A stretch of 32,000 bases of DNA from Nostoc punctiforme PCC 73102 (GCF_000020025.1 NC_010633.1:1-32000), one strand, 5' to 3'; counted from the first letter of the stretch, positions 11,801 through 19,523 are shown. The notes: a model not told the origin generated them from the letters alone. Translations and numbers: made by a program.

Positions 11801-12377
11801 AAATGGACAATTTCTGGCTACTAGCAGCGATCGCTGCATTAAGTTATGGGATGTCAAAACATGGCAATGTATCAAGACTTTAGAGGCACATTCCGGTTGG
11901 GTATATTCACTAGATTGGAGTCCAGACGGTCAAACGTTACTCAGCGGCAGTTTTGACCTCAGCTTGAAATTATGGGATATCAATACAGGAAACTGTCAGC
12001 AAACTTTGCACGGACACACAAAAATAGTGTTAGGTGCAAAGTTTCATCCCCAAGGCAACATTATTGCCAGTACAGGTCAAGATGGAACGATAAAACTTTG
12101 GAACAGCAATACAGGAGAATGCCTGAGAACACTCATAGGACATGCAGATTGGATTTGGGCTATTGCCTTTCACCCCAACGGGCAAACCCTTGCTAGTGGC
12201 AGTCAAGATGAGACAATTAAGCTGTGGGATGTCGAAACAGGGGAGTGTTTGCAAACTTTGCGATCGCCCCGCCCCTACGAAGATATGAATATTGCAGGCA
12301 TTACAGGGTTAACCGCAGCCCAAAAAGCGACTCTAAAAGCGCTCGGAGCAGTAGAATCAGTTGCTACAGACGGTTAA
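8829..12377 (+). CDS. STAND-class P-loop NTPase (NACHT/NB-ARC-like) with N-terminal HTH, pentapeptide repeats and 14 WD40 repeats
   Basis: Walker A is [12 protein letters not shown] (nt ~9236-9262) and Walker B is CLLILDNFD. The N-terminal ~85 aa look like a LuxR/sigma-region-4-type HTH ([22 protein letters not shown]...[12 protein letters not shown]). Pentapeptide run: [30 protein letters not shown]. Fourteen units follow, each ending (L/I)W(D/N)xxTG, which would give two 7-bladed propellers. Confidence 0.92.
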   Translation: MTVEEAIALVEQVLERGRLTKVQEIVFRQSWAGQTYLEMAVDCDYNHSHIKDVGSELWRSLSQALGEKVTKNNLHGVLKRIAQGQKDTNASSTLNLQPFTNWGEAIDVSQFYGRTTELETLSQWIVRDRCRVVTLLGMGGMGKTALSVKLAEQLQGEFEYVIWRSLRHAPFFQDKLTDCIKILSHQQVTTLPSDPHEQITCLIEYLRKSRCLLILDNFDTLLQQGKQTGCYREGYESYGELLWRLGETQHQSCVLLTSREKPAEIAALEGDGLPVRTLALSGLEVADGQTILTLKGLSGAEDETRQLVECYRGNPLALKIAATSIRDLYEGNIARFLTDGTTVFKGIGNLLEQQFKRLSTKEQQIMYWLAINREPVVAAVLQEDIVPAVSRANLLEALESLSWRSLIEKSFGGFTQQPVVMEYMTDQLIEQVCQEIINFEIRLLNLYALIKANAKDYIRESQTHVILESLLIGLQSRLNNPGEIELKIQQLILRLQKEIPAQPGYVCGNLINLLRHLKVDFTNYDFSNLTIWQADFQGTNLNKVNFTGANIKKSVFTEYLASSLCVKFSPDGKFLVSTDANDGIHLWNIEGLAAIHLTTLQGHQAWVWDAKFSPNGKVLATCSDDGVIKIWNINTGKCHHTLQDDSKRSWSISFSPDGKILASGSGDHTVKLWDINTGQLLKVLKGHINIVRPVIFSSDGKIIASGSEDQTIKIWDVDSGEYLQTLEGHLAQVWSVSLSEDGKILASGSADKTVKLWDVSTGECRTTLQGNQIDGVWSVSFSPSGESVVVAGEVPVISLWDIKTGECIQTFLGHIGRVWSVAFSPNGKTLASASEDQSVKLWDVTTGRCLKTLQGYSSRVWCVAVNANGQLLAANTNKTLRIWDISTAKCIHTLHGHTREICGTVFSSHETILASAGADGTIRLWDTITGKCLRTLQVNGWILSLAMSPQGNALATANTDTMAKIWDIKTGECIKTLEGHTGWVFSVAWSPNGQFLATSSDRCIKLWDVKTWQCIKTLEAHSGWVYSLDWSPDGQTLLSGSFDLSLKLWDINTGNCQQTLHGHTKIVLGAKFHPQGNIIASTGQDGTIKLWNSNTGECLRTLIGHADWIWAIAFHPNGQTLASGSQDETIKLWDVETGECLQTLRSPRPYEDMNIAGITGLTAAQKATLKALGAVESVATDG

Positions 12378-12407
12378 TTCGTAATTTAAGTCGAGCCACC
12401 AAGACAC

Positions 12408-12480
12408 CTTGATATTCACAATTCAAGATATCTCGACTTATAGGTATCTTGATATCCAGGTATCTTTTTACTTTGATATC
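12408..12480. promoter_or_regulatory. Candidate centromere (parS-like) or operator repeats upstream of parA
   Basis: GATATC occurs at 12427-12432, 12451-12456 and 12475-12480, an exact 24-nt phasing. A degenerate TTGATATT lies at 12408-12415. AGGTATCT occurs at 12442-12449 and 12458-12465. Its reverse complement AGATACCT recurs at 13385-13392 and 13417-13424, next to another GATATC at 13394-13399. Confidence 0.45.
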
Positions 12481-12545
12481 TAAATATTTAGACAGTTAGA
12501 GTTAATATCTGTATGCTCTGCTATATCGAATTGGGGGTTTAACCC

Positions 12546-13310
12546 ATGCGAACCTGCTCATCCATCTCCCTCTCCGGTGGACAGGGAAAAACAACCACTA
12601 TCTTCTTTACCTCACTGCTGCTAGCACGGCTTGGCTTACGAGTGTTGACTATCGACGCAGATCCACAAGCAAATCTGACTTTTTATTTAAATCACGAGGT
12701 AGACCCAAACCAGCCCAGCTTATTTGAAGTGCTAACTGGGCAAGTGACAACAGAAGATGGTATTTACCCTACCACCCATGAAAATCTATTTCTGATCCCA
12801 GCAGATAGGGGACTGTTTAAGGTTTCAGATTTCCTCAGTAGCAGTGGTACGGGAGCATTTATTCTCAAACTACGGCTCAAATCTGTAGCCAATATCTTTG
12901 ATTATGTCCTGATTGACGTACAACCATCGCGCTCCCAACTGTGCCTAACAGCAGTGGGAACGTCTGATTATGTCATCATCCCCGTCGAAGCCAACGTTAA
13001 AGGAACCAACAGCTTAATTGATACCCTGAGCTTCTTAACAGAACAAGCCAACTTAATGGCATTTACAGGCAGAGTATTAGGGATAGTTCCTTTTCGCGAT
13101 CGCTGGGTAGGAAATACCCAAACCTTAGAAGGCAGGCAAAATATTGAAGCGATGCGAGAGTTTGCTCTCGACATTCCAATTTTACCGAGCATCCGAGAGT
13201 CTGAGAAGTTTAAGAGTGCAATCCGACAAGGCAAGTTGTTGTCAGACCTGGGACAATCCGACCTGCAATATCCCTTTGAGCAAATTATTGAGGCGTTAAC
13301 TCATGAGTGA
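12546..13310 (+). CDS. parA: ParA/Soj-family partition ATPase
   Basis: Deviant Walker A is SLSGGQGKTTT. Other motifs: VLTIDADPQANLT and YVLIDVQPS (Walker B-like). The 254-aa size is typical. The gene overlaps the next ORF by 8 nt (ATGAGTGA). Confidence 0.88.
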   Translation: MRTCSSISLSGGQGKTTTIFFTSLLLARLGLRVLTIDADPQANLTFYLNHEVDPNQPSLFEVLTGQVTTEDGIYPTTHENLFLIPADRGLFKVSDFLSSSGTGAFILKLRLKSVANIFDYVLIDVQPSRSQLCLTAVGTSDYVIIPVEANVKGTNSLIDTLSFLTEQANLMAFTGRVLGIVPFRDRWVGNTQTLEGRQNIEAMREFALDIPILPSIRESEKFKSAIRQGKLLSDLGQSDLQYPFEQIIEALTHE

Positions 13311-13701
13311 TGCACTAGAGCGATTGAAGCAACGGAGCCGTCCTTCTGTCAAAAGTCGAGATACTTCGCTAAATTCTGGAAGTCCAGATACCTCGATATC
13401 TAGAAACCAAGAACCTCAGATACCTAATAATGACGAAAATCAGGCTACTATACCTAAACAGCCGTTGCAAACAAAGCAGAGTACGCTGCGGTTGGAGCAG
13501 GGAGTAAGCTCACGCCTACAAGAGGTGTGTCGGGAGAACGGCATTTGTCGAGAGGTTCTGATTGAAGCCATGTTTGAGTATTGTGAGGCAAATCCAGAAT
13601 TTCTCAGTGCAGTGTTATCTGAAGCGATAACGAAGAATGAGTACAGGCAACAAGTGGCAAATATGCGACGGGCGAAGTCGATGATGCAAAAGTTCTCTTA
13701 G
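13303..13701 (+). CDS. Small parA-coupled protein, putative centromere-binding partner (ParB/ParG functional analogue)
   Basis: The call rests on position and the 8-nt overlap with parA. The N-terminal half is disordered and Ser/Pro/Gln-rich, and the C-terminal half is helical. I recognise no family motif, so the function is inferred from context only. Confidence 0.6.
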   Translation: MSDALERLKQRSRPSVKSRDTSLNSGSPDTSISRNQEPQIPNNDENQATIPKQPLQTKQSTLRLEQGVSSRLQEVCRENGICREVLIEAMFEYCEANPEFLSAVLSEAITKNEYRQQVANMRRAKSMMQKFS

Positions 13702-13749
13702 CGCATTCTTATGAATTGCCATCTTGCTTGACTTGTAATTTGTAATTTA

Positions 13750-14244
13750 ATGGATATTAACCAACAAAAAGAACAATTTAGCATCACCTATATCAGAGCC
13801 ATCGCTGCCGTTGCAGGTTATTCTTTATATAGACCAGAAGTCGATAACGACAGCGTAGATTTAGGCATAGTCAGCAGAGGTGGTACAGGTAAAATCCTTT
13901 CCCCAAGACTAGAACTACAACTAAAGTGTACAGCTAGAGATATTCTGGATGAAAACTATATTAAATATCCCCTCAATCTCAAAAACTATAATGATTTAAA
14001 AATCAATGCCCTTGTCCCTCGGATTTTAGTTGTCGTTTTAGTTCCAGAAAAAATAACAGACTGGATAAAACAAACCGAAGATGAACTTTGTATTAGACAT
14101 TGTGGTTACTGGGTATCCTTGCGCGAAATGCCAGACACCGAAAATCTAACCAATGTTACTATTGAAATACCCCGTAGTAATCAGTTGACACCCCTATCAC
14201 TCCAAACCATCATTCAACGCATTAGTTTTGGAGATTTACCATGA
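13750..14244 (+). CDS. DUF4365-like / Mrr-cat-like PD-(D/E)xK nuclease-fold protein (tentative)
   Basis: 164 aa. N-terminal helix QKEQFSITYIRAIAAVAGYSL, an acidic strand DNDSVDLGIV, then ELQLKCT (an E/QxK-type motif). This order matches my recollection of DUF4365. The stop overlaps the next start (ATGA at 14241-14244). Confidence 0.5.
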   Translation: MDINQQKEQFSITYIRAIAAVAGYSLYRPEVDNDSVDLGIVSRGGTGKILSPRLELQLKCTARDILDENYIKYPLNLKNYNDLKINALVPRILVVVLVPEKITDWIKQTEDELCIRHCGYWVSLREMPDTENLTNVTIEIPRSNQLTPLSLQTIIQRISFGDLP

Positions 14245-14783
14245 AAGTTACTATTAAAGACAGTCAAATACTCAAAACTGTTAACCCCAATGTGATACAG
14301 GCACATTTGCAAGCAACAGGCTGGCATGAAACAGGGCGTATATATAATGATGCCGGGGCAATTTGGCGACTGAAAAAAGATGCCGCCGACGAATATGAAA
14401 TCTTGCTACCTCTCCAACATAGTTTAGGAGATTATGCTGAAAGAATGAGCGATATATTAAAAACATTGGAGACAGTAGAAAATCGTGACCAAGTTGAAAT
14501 ATTAAGTGAATTTATTACCAACTATCCCAACTTCATCATGCAAGGTGTAGTCATGCAAATTGCCACTCCATCAATTGATAAACTGAGTGGAGAAATTACT
14601 TTACTAGGTGAAGTTTTTGAGAAATTACGAGAAATCAAAACCGAACTAGCAGACCATGATTATATCTTAGCCATTAAAGCTTATCAGGAACGTTTACCAA
14701 TTCGCTGCACAGGTGATTTAGTCAAAGTTGACAATCATTTTATCCTGAGAAATCCCCATAATTTTAAAATTGACAATATCTAA
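14241..14783 (+). CDS. Hypothetical protein translationally coupled to the DUF4365-like gene
   Basis: 180-aa ORF with an ATGA overlap to the upstream gene. No motif recognised. Confidence 0.7.
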   Translation: MKVTIKDSQILKTVNPNVIQAHLQATGWHETGRIYNDAGAIWRLKKDAADEYEILLPLQHSLGDYAERMSDILKTLETVENRDQVEILSEFITNYPNFIMQGVVMQIATPSIDKLSGEITLLGEVFEKLREIKTELADHDYILAIKAYQERLPIRCTGDLVKVDNHFILRNPHNFKIDNI

Positions 14784-14833
14784 CTCCGGCAGTTAAAAAT
14801 TTTAGGTTGTTTTCTAAATCTGATGAAGGGTTA

Positions 14834-15349
14834 TTATGAAAAACTAGCTATAAATTGCAATAAATTGCCAATAATAAAAAATACAATACCCCAAAATGTT
14901 AGCCAAGATAAAAATGTATCGTCTTTTTCAAGCTGGTCTTGTAATCTATTCATTCCAAATAAAATAATGATTAAAAAAACAGTAAAAATTATGAGCATCA
15001 ACATTGAAATAACAATAAAAAGTAGAATGCTTATTATTGTTCCGAATATACCCATGTAACCTATAATCGATACTTTAGGTACTATATAAAATACAAATAA
15101 TAAACTAAGAGATATTAATATAAAGAGAAATATCCGAAGTGGTTTATAAATCTGTAATTCAAAAGCAGATGCAAAAGAAAAGAAAATAAAGTTTTTCAAA
15201 AATGAAACTATAATTTTTAGTTTTGGTTCCAACCAGTTTTCAAACCTTAATATTTTATCTTTACCTATTAAATCTGGTGCAAGCATAAAACCAGCAAAGA
15301 AATTAAGAATAATTCCTATGCGATTTAGCCAATCTAAATCTATTTTCAT
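14834..15349 (-). CDS. AT-rich multi-pass membrane protein (171 aa), unknown function
   Basis: There are 4-5 hydrophobic segments (IGIILNFFAGFMLAP, IFLFILISLSLLFVFYIV, IGYMGIFGTIISILLFIVISMLMLIIFTVFLIIILF, WLTFWGIVFFIIGNLLQFI). The gene lies 34 nt downstream of the recombinase gene on the same strand. The DNA is visibly much more AT-rich than the flanks. Confidence 0.6.
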   Translation of the reverse strand: MKIDLDWLNRIGIILNFFAGFMLAPDLIGKDKILRFENWLEPKLKIIVSFLKNFIFFSFASAFELQIYKPLRIFLFILISLSLLFVFYIVPKVSIIGYMGIFGTIISILLFIVISMLMLIIFTVFLIIILFGMNRLQDQLEKDDTFLSWLTFWGIVFFIIGNLLQFIASFS

Positions 15350-15383
15350 TCTTAATACCTATATTTAAATTTTTAAGTCTTTC

Positions 15384-16376
15384 CTAAATCAGTTCTGATA
15401 TTGAGTCGCTCATCTGCTTTTGCAAGCGCTGGCGGTTATCATCATATTTCAAAACCGTTTGTACTTGGGCGTGTCTGCTGAATCGCTGAGTAGCACGGTA
15501 GTTGCCATTATTCAGATCCAATACTGTAGTAATCGCACTGTGGCGAACACGATGCGGTGACATCTTCTTAGTAATTCCGGCTTGCTTGCATAACCCATCC
15601 ACCAATCGCCTGATTGCCTCTCCAGTTAATCTCGCTCCATTTTTGTGGTATGCTAGCACGGTGAAAAGCGGTTCATTGCTACGTTTCTTCTTACTGGCTT
15701 TTATCCAACTGGCGATTGCGTCGGTAGTTTTCTCCGATAAATCAAGAACTTCCTTCTGGCTACCCTTACCTTTACCCAGGATAAAGAGAGTTTTTTCCTT
15801 GGCGTTAAAGTCAAGCACATTCAAATTGACTATTTCATTCCGACGCAAGGCATTATCCCAGAGCAACCGCATAATGGCATAATCGCGCTTACCCTTAAGG
15901 ATACTGCGGTCAACCAACGCTATGACTAAAGCATAGTCCTCGGCTGGAATGCCCATTGTGTCACGGTAGGTTTCGACCTTTTCACCTTTGACATCATCCA
16001 GGGAGAAATTGCAGACTCCCAGCCGTCGCCCCATCTCAACCATTGACTTGATAGCACTAAGGCGACGATTCACCGTAGCTTCAGCCAGCTTTTTCTTGAT
16101 CAGGTGCGCTTTGTACTTGAGAACTACAGCAACGGCGTGACGCTGTTCCAGGTGAAGGAATTGCAAAACCAAATCCCGGCGGGGTTCTTTTTTGGCAACG
16201 AACAGAAAAAAATCTTTCAGGTCTTTTTGGTATTCGCGCTTAGTGTTCAGCGATCGCTTATCCCCAATCAGCTGCTGGATAACATCGGGGTCATTTTCTA
16301 AAGAAAAATCCTCCCCGATCGCCAAGGAGAGCGAATTTTCTAGAACGCTTAGATTTTCAGGGTGAATGGGGTTCAT
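15384..16376 (-). CDS. Tyrosine recombinase / phage-integrase family (XerC/D-like)
   Basis: Box I is NALRRNEIVNLNV. Box II is HRVRHSAITTVL...RHAQVQTVLKYDD, which gives the R..HxxR..H..Y catalytic pattern. An N-terminal SAM-like core-binding region is present (REYQKDLKDFFLFV). Confidence 0.92.
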   Translation of the reverse strand: MNPIHPENLSVLENSLSLAIGEDFSLENDPDVIQQLIGDKRSLNTKREYQKDLKDFFLFVAKKEPRRDLVLQFLHLEQRHAVAVVLKYKAHLIKKKLAEATVNRRLSAIKSMVEMGRRLGVCNFSLDDVKGEKVETYRDTMGIPAEDYALVIALVDRSILKGKRDYAIMRLLWDNALRRNEIVNLNVLDFNAKEKTLFILGKGKGSQKEVLDLSEKTTDAIASWIKASKKKRSNEPLFTVLAYHKNGARLTGEAIRRLVDGLCKQAGITKKMSPHRVRHSAITTVLDLNNGNYRATQRFSRHAQVQTVLKYDDNRQRLQKQMSDSISELI

Positions 16377-16501
16377 GGGTTTAAGCAGAGGAGAGAAGAT
16401 GTTTAATTTTTATTCATCAGCCAGGGCTATGGGTTGTTAATTGTAACGACCTGCACTGAGACGGCATTTTCAAACCAGGATTAGAGAGCAACTAGAAATT
16501 T

Positions 16502-16963
16502 CTAAATAATCTTAAAATCTTTCCATCCCCAGGCAAGCCCATTCCTACTAATCAAGAATTCTTTTCCGATTTGCTCTCGAATTTTGTGGCAAGAAGCTTT
16601 TAACTGTTGATAGTCATCAGGGTGAATATCCATTGAGCTTCTAGCGCGGGTGAGCAATTGACGCTGATTTTCTTGCCACTCCCAAGGTTGATACCACCAT
16701 GAAGGGTAAAAATCTGCCTGTGGAGTAATCACCGCATAATCGCGTCCTTTCTGGATATCTTCTAGATCCCATGCTGGAAGATAAGCAAGTAAATCAGTTT
16801 CTACCCACCATTGTTCAATGATTGCTGTTCCATCGTCGTCTCGTGTACCGATACGCTTTCTTGCCTGAATTTTGATTCTGGCGTTGGCAGTAATCCCTGC
16901 ATATTCTTCTGGTTTAGTCGCATGAGGGTTGATTTGAATTAATTTTGTCTTGCTGTTCGTCAT
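16502..16963 (-). CDS. Hypothetical protein (153 aa, Trp-rich)
   Basis: Clean ORF upstream of the recombinase on the same strand. No motif recognised. Confidence 0.6.
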   Translation of the reverse strand: MTNSKTKLIQINPHATKPEEYAGITANARIKIQARKRIGTRDDDGTAIIEQWWVETDLLAYLPAWDLEDIQKGRDYAVITPQADFYPSWWYQPWEWQENQRQLLTRARSSMDIHPDDYQQLKASCHKIREQIGKEFLISRNGLAWGWKDFKII

Positions 16964-17262
16964 CTTGGATTGAAGAATAAATATTCATCGTGATTCTTAA
17001 TGGCTTCTCTTTACATTTCCCTGTTCCTCTACGCCCCTTAAAGTCCTGCCCTCTGCTCCCCTGCTGACCATCTTAGCCGTTAGGCAGTATTTATTACTCT
17101 AAGTGGTGCGAAAAGGTATATTGTCGCACTATTGCTTGAAGCATCTGTGGGCGGGGTTTGGGGAGCTATTGTAAGTTGATTGACAATTTTTCCGGGTGAT
17201 GAAGAGAAATTAAATTCTAGAAAAGTGTAAGGGCTGACGATTTGACTAAGTAATAATGCTGT

Positions 17263-17505
17263 ATGAATCTGGATATTGCGGTTTTGCCCGATGAGAACAA
17301 TGTACAAGTAGCTTTAAATACTTTTTCTTGGGGAAGGGTATCTACAATTTTTTTAGGAAAGGATTATTCCAATTTCCCTAATCAAGAGCCACAGCTTTTT
17401 GAAACTATGGTTTTTGGAGGTGAATACAGTGGGAAATTCTGGAGATATTCAACTTGGTCACAAGCCGTAGCCGGACATAAAGAGGTTTGTATTTTAGTTA
17501 GTTGA
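17263..17505 (+). CDS. Small hypothetical protein, phage/plasmid-type
   Basis: The C-terminal motif LFETMVFGG...RYSTWSQAVAGH resembles a widespread small phage protein family, recalled from memory. The exact start is uncertain. Confidence 0.55.
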   Translation: MNLDIAVLPDENNVQVALNTFSWGRVSTIFLGKDYSNFPNQEPQLFETMVFGGEYSGKFWRYSTWSQAVAGHKEVCILVS

Positions 17506-17632
17506 TACTCGAAGACTATTTAAGGATATTCAATAACTGGTAATTCAATCTGTTTGATAAGATATTTTTACAGAACTTATCAAGTCACCTAGAAAACAAA
17601 ACTCAGTCCAAATAATTCTCAAGGGTAGGAGT

Positions 17633-17911
17633 ATGAAATCAGATGCATTAGAGCTATGTCATCAAGAGTTTAAAAATAATTCCGTGAGGTTTTTGTCAGC
17701 AATCGCAATTGAGCCTGGATATTTTCAAAGCTTTTCAGAGATAATGCAGGCAGTCTCGCTTGAAAGCGCTATCCCATACAAAGATTTAGCATCTTATGAA
17801 AAGGACTTTCTTCGTGGGTGGGATGAGGTTTATGAAAAGGCTTGTGCTGAGGCTGACCGACGAAAAAATGGGGAAAGTCCTAACTTGAACTGGTTTGATA
17901 AGCTTGGCTGA
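17633..17911 (+). CDS. Hypothetical protein (92 aa)
   Basis: ORF preceded by GGAG just upstream of the ATG. No motif recognised. Confidence 0.55.
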   Translation: MKSDALELCHQEFKNNSVRFLSAIAIEPGYFQSFSEIMQAVSLESAIPYKDLASYEKDFLRGWDEVYEKACAEADRRKNGESPNLNWFDKLG

Positions 17912-17919
17912 AGCCAAAA

Positions 17920-17964
17920 TATTTCTCGGAGTGCTTTAAATCCTTGGACAGGAAATCAATCATG
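17920..17964 (-). pseudogene. Orphan copy of the 5' end of the 23044..23457 gene (first ~14 codons)
   Basis: Positions 17920-17964 match 23405-23449 at 42 of 45 nt. On the minus strand the fragment reads MIDFLSKDLKHSEKY, versus MIDLLSEDLKHSEKY in the full gene. Homology stops after that, and a stop codon follows about 26 codons in. Confidence 0.5.
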
Positions 17965-18055
17965 ATTATTGATACATTAATTTTAGTAGTTTTAGGTATC
18001 AAGTGACGAAAAGGTAATTTGGTACACGAATCTAATCAAAGCATGGATTTATACA

Positions 18056-18385
18056 ATGAAAATTACTGATATTTACGTTAAGAATAATTGCTTAGTATTT
18101 TGTACCGATGATGGATGTAAATCAATTTATCATTTATCAAATATTGTTATAGACACAGGCTTATCAATAGATTCGCTCTCTCCCAAAAAACTCCCAGAAT
18201 CAAGAGTACAAGAAATTATTGAAGCTGAAGGCGAACAAATATCAATAATTGAAATCAAAGGCTCAATTGGTAGATTAGAAAAGGCAGAAAATTGCCTTGA
18301 TGCTAATTATAATGAAGCTTCTAACAGATGCTCTTATTGGTTTTCCGGGCAAATAAACAATATTTTAAATAAACTTTTTAGTTAA
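18056..18385 (+). CDS. Hypothetical protein (109 aa)
   Basis: ORF only; AT-rich. Confidence 0.5.
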   Translation: MKITDIYVKNNCLVFCTDDGCKSIYHLSNIVIDTGLSIDSLSPKKLPESRVQEIIEAEGEQISIIEIKGSIGRLEKAENCLDANYNEASNRCSYWFSGQINNILNKLFS

Positions 18386-18408
18386 CTTGGTGAGTTGAAA
18401 AGGGAATT

Positions 18409-19083
18409 ATGCCGCGAAAAAAAACAAATCAAATTAACAGTAAGGAAGGCTGCTGGCTATTTCTGGATTGTGAGATGCTGACGGGCATTCCTGCTGATGA
18501 GTGCCCCAATACTGAATCTTGTAAGCACAACGCACTTTTAAGCCAAAATAGATGGTGCTTTCTGCCTTATCAAAGGTGGCTTCCAGAGTACGATCAATTA
18601 TACAAAATACCTACATTAGAAGTTGGTTATTGGGTAGCTCCTGAAGCAGCAGAAGCTGGCTATAGCCCCCCAGTCAGCCTTTTTTATGCTTATGAAGATT
18701 CATTTTTAGGGATTGGGGAGGATAGAGAGGGCAAGAGAATTGGTGATGTTCCACCAGAAGCAACAGAGCTAGGTTTTGCTAGAGCAAGCTACCTACCATA
18801 CAAAGTCTCAAAAGGTGTGCTAACAGTGGAAATCATCAATGACAAGCGTTTATTAAGAGATATCGGATGGGGAGAGGCTGCGGATTTACCCTATGCCTTG
18901 CACCATGACATAGAAACTGGTAAAAGCTTTATCAAAGTTGATTTTGATATAAATAGCACGAAAAACCAAGAGGCTATTGATTCTGGCTGGCATCCAGGGC
19001 ATCGAATTTGGAAGCATCGAGTGTATTGCGACAAAACAGGGCTATATGACCAGAGGCAAGAACAGTGGGTAAAAGAAAATTAA
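18409..19083 (+). CDS. Hypothetical protein (224 aa) with N-terminal Cys cluster and a four-fold internal motif
   Basis: N-terminal Cys cluster: CWLFLDC...ECPNTESC...WC. Four spaced motifs follow: PEAAEAGYSPP, PEATELGFARA, RDIGWGEAA, EAIDSGWHPG. Confidence 0.6.
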   Translation: MPRKKTNQINSKEGCWLFLDCEMLTGIPADECPNTESCKHNALLSQNRWCFLPYQRWLPEYDQLYKIPTLEVGYWVAPEAAEAGYSPPVSLFYAYEDSFLGIGEDREGKRIGDVPPEATELGFARASYLPYKVSKGVLTVEIINDKRLLRDIGWGEAADLPYALHHDIETGKSFIKVDFDINSTKNQEAIDSGWHPGHRIWKHRVYCDKTGLYDQRQEQWVKEN

Positions 19084-19280
19084 AACACGGCGATCTAGTA
19101 ACTTTTGAATCGCACGATGAACAGTGTAAGCCATTTCAGCAATTTGGCACTGTAAAAAAATATCTTTATCCAGATTTTCACCCAGATGGATACATTGAAA
19201 TTGTGGATGAATCCGGCGACACAATTCTTTTCGGGAACGCAGGTAAAGGGATTCAGAAGGCTAAAAAGCAGATTGATTAA
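19065..19280 (+). CDS. Small hypothetical protein (71 aa), GTG start, 19-nt overlap with the upstream gene
   Basis: ORF in the same orientation that overlaps the end of 18409..19083. The sequence looks beta-rich (GDLVTFES...GTVKKYLYPDFHPDGYIEIVDESGDTILF). Confidence 0.5.
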   Translation: MGKRKLKHGDLVTFESHDEQCKPFQQFGTVKKYLYPDFHPDGYIEIVDESGDTILFGNAGKGIQKAKKQID

Positions 19281-19418
19281 TTTGTGTTTGCGGCGAAATG
19301 ACTTTAGGGAGATTTTGACCAATTTAGTTTTTTGGTAACTGACACTCTTCGCCATTACTGGACAATAAATGCCCAATTGCGAATAACAGAAAATAATACT
19401 CCCGCAGTCTTTCATAGT

Positions 19419-19523
19419 GCGAAAATTCATGTCAGTGTTGAACTTGCAGGCTTTTAGTATTTATGTCGTCAAATCAGAGGGGATTGAAAAATGACATCCC
19501 AAATAACTGACATGAATTTTCGC
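19419..19523. repeat. Perfect 18-bp inverted repeat separated by 69 nt (stem-loop or MITE-like)
   Basis: GCGAAAATTCATGTCAGT (19419-19436) pairs with ACTGACATGAATTTTCGC (19506-19523). The spacer holds nested short complementarities (ATGTC...GACAT, GGGAT...ATCCC). The region is intergenic. Confidence 0.7.

Noticed and set aside
10500-12280. Periodic DNA repeats as a possible CRISPR or mobile repeat array
   Set aside because: The periodicity of about 126 nt is the WD40 coding repeat. The units are diverged and in frame. No repeat-spacer structure with identical repeats exists anywhere in the window.
10397-12412. Short ORFs inside or antisense to the STAND gene (10397, 10745, 11675, 11972, 12030, 12224)
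   Set aside because: They are shadow ORFs within a strongly supported 1182-aa CDS. WD40 periodicity creates long open antisense frames.
12528-12537. Shared 10-mer GAATTGGGGG upstream of parA (12528-12537) and upstream of the Zn-ribbon/primase genes (30937-30946)
   Set aside because: It is a single short match found by eye. I cannot exclude chance or a relationship to the ATTGGG motif. This is not enough to call a regulatory site.
12968-16301. Antisense ORFs 12968..13234, 14281..14466, 14823..15059, 15502..15882 and 16104..16301
   Set aside because: Each is embedded opposite a better-supported gene (parA, the 180-aa partner, the AT-rich membrane gene, the recombinase).
15384-16376. Recombinase as proof of an integrated prophage or ICE boundary
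   Set aside because: I could recognise no tRNA gene, att-like direct repeats or phage structural genes nearby. A plasmid resolvase role is equally likely, so the question stays open in the findings.
17080-17307. Tracked 75-aa minus ORF
   Set aside because: It overlaps the start of the better-supported 17263..17505 gene and spans intergenic repeat sequence. It has no motif.
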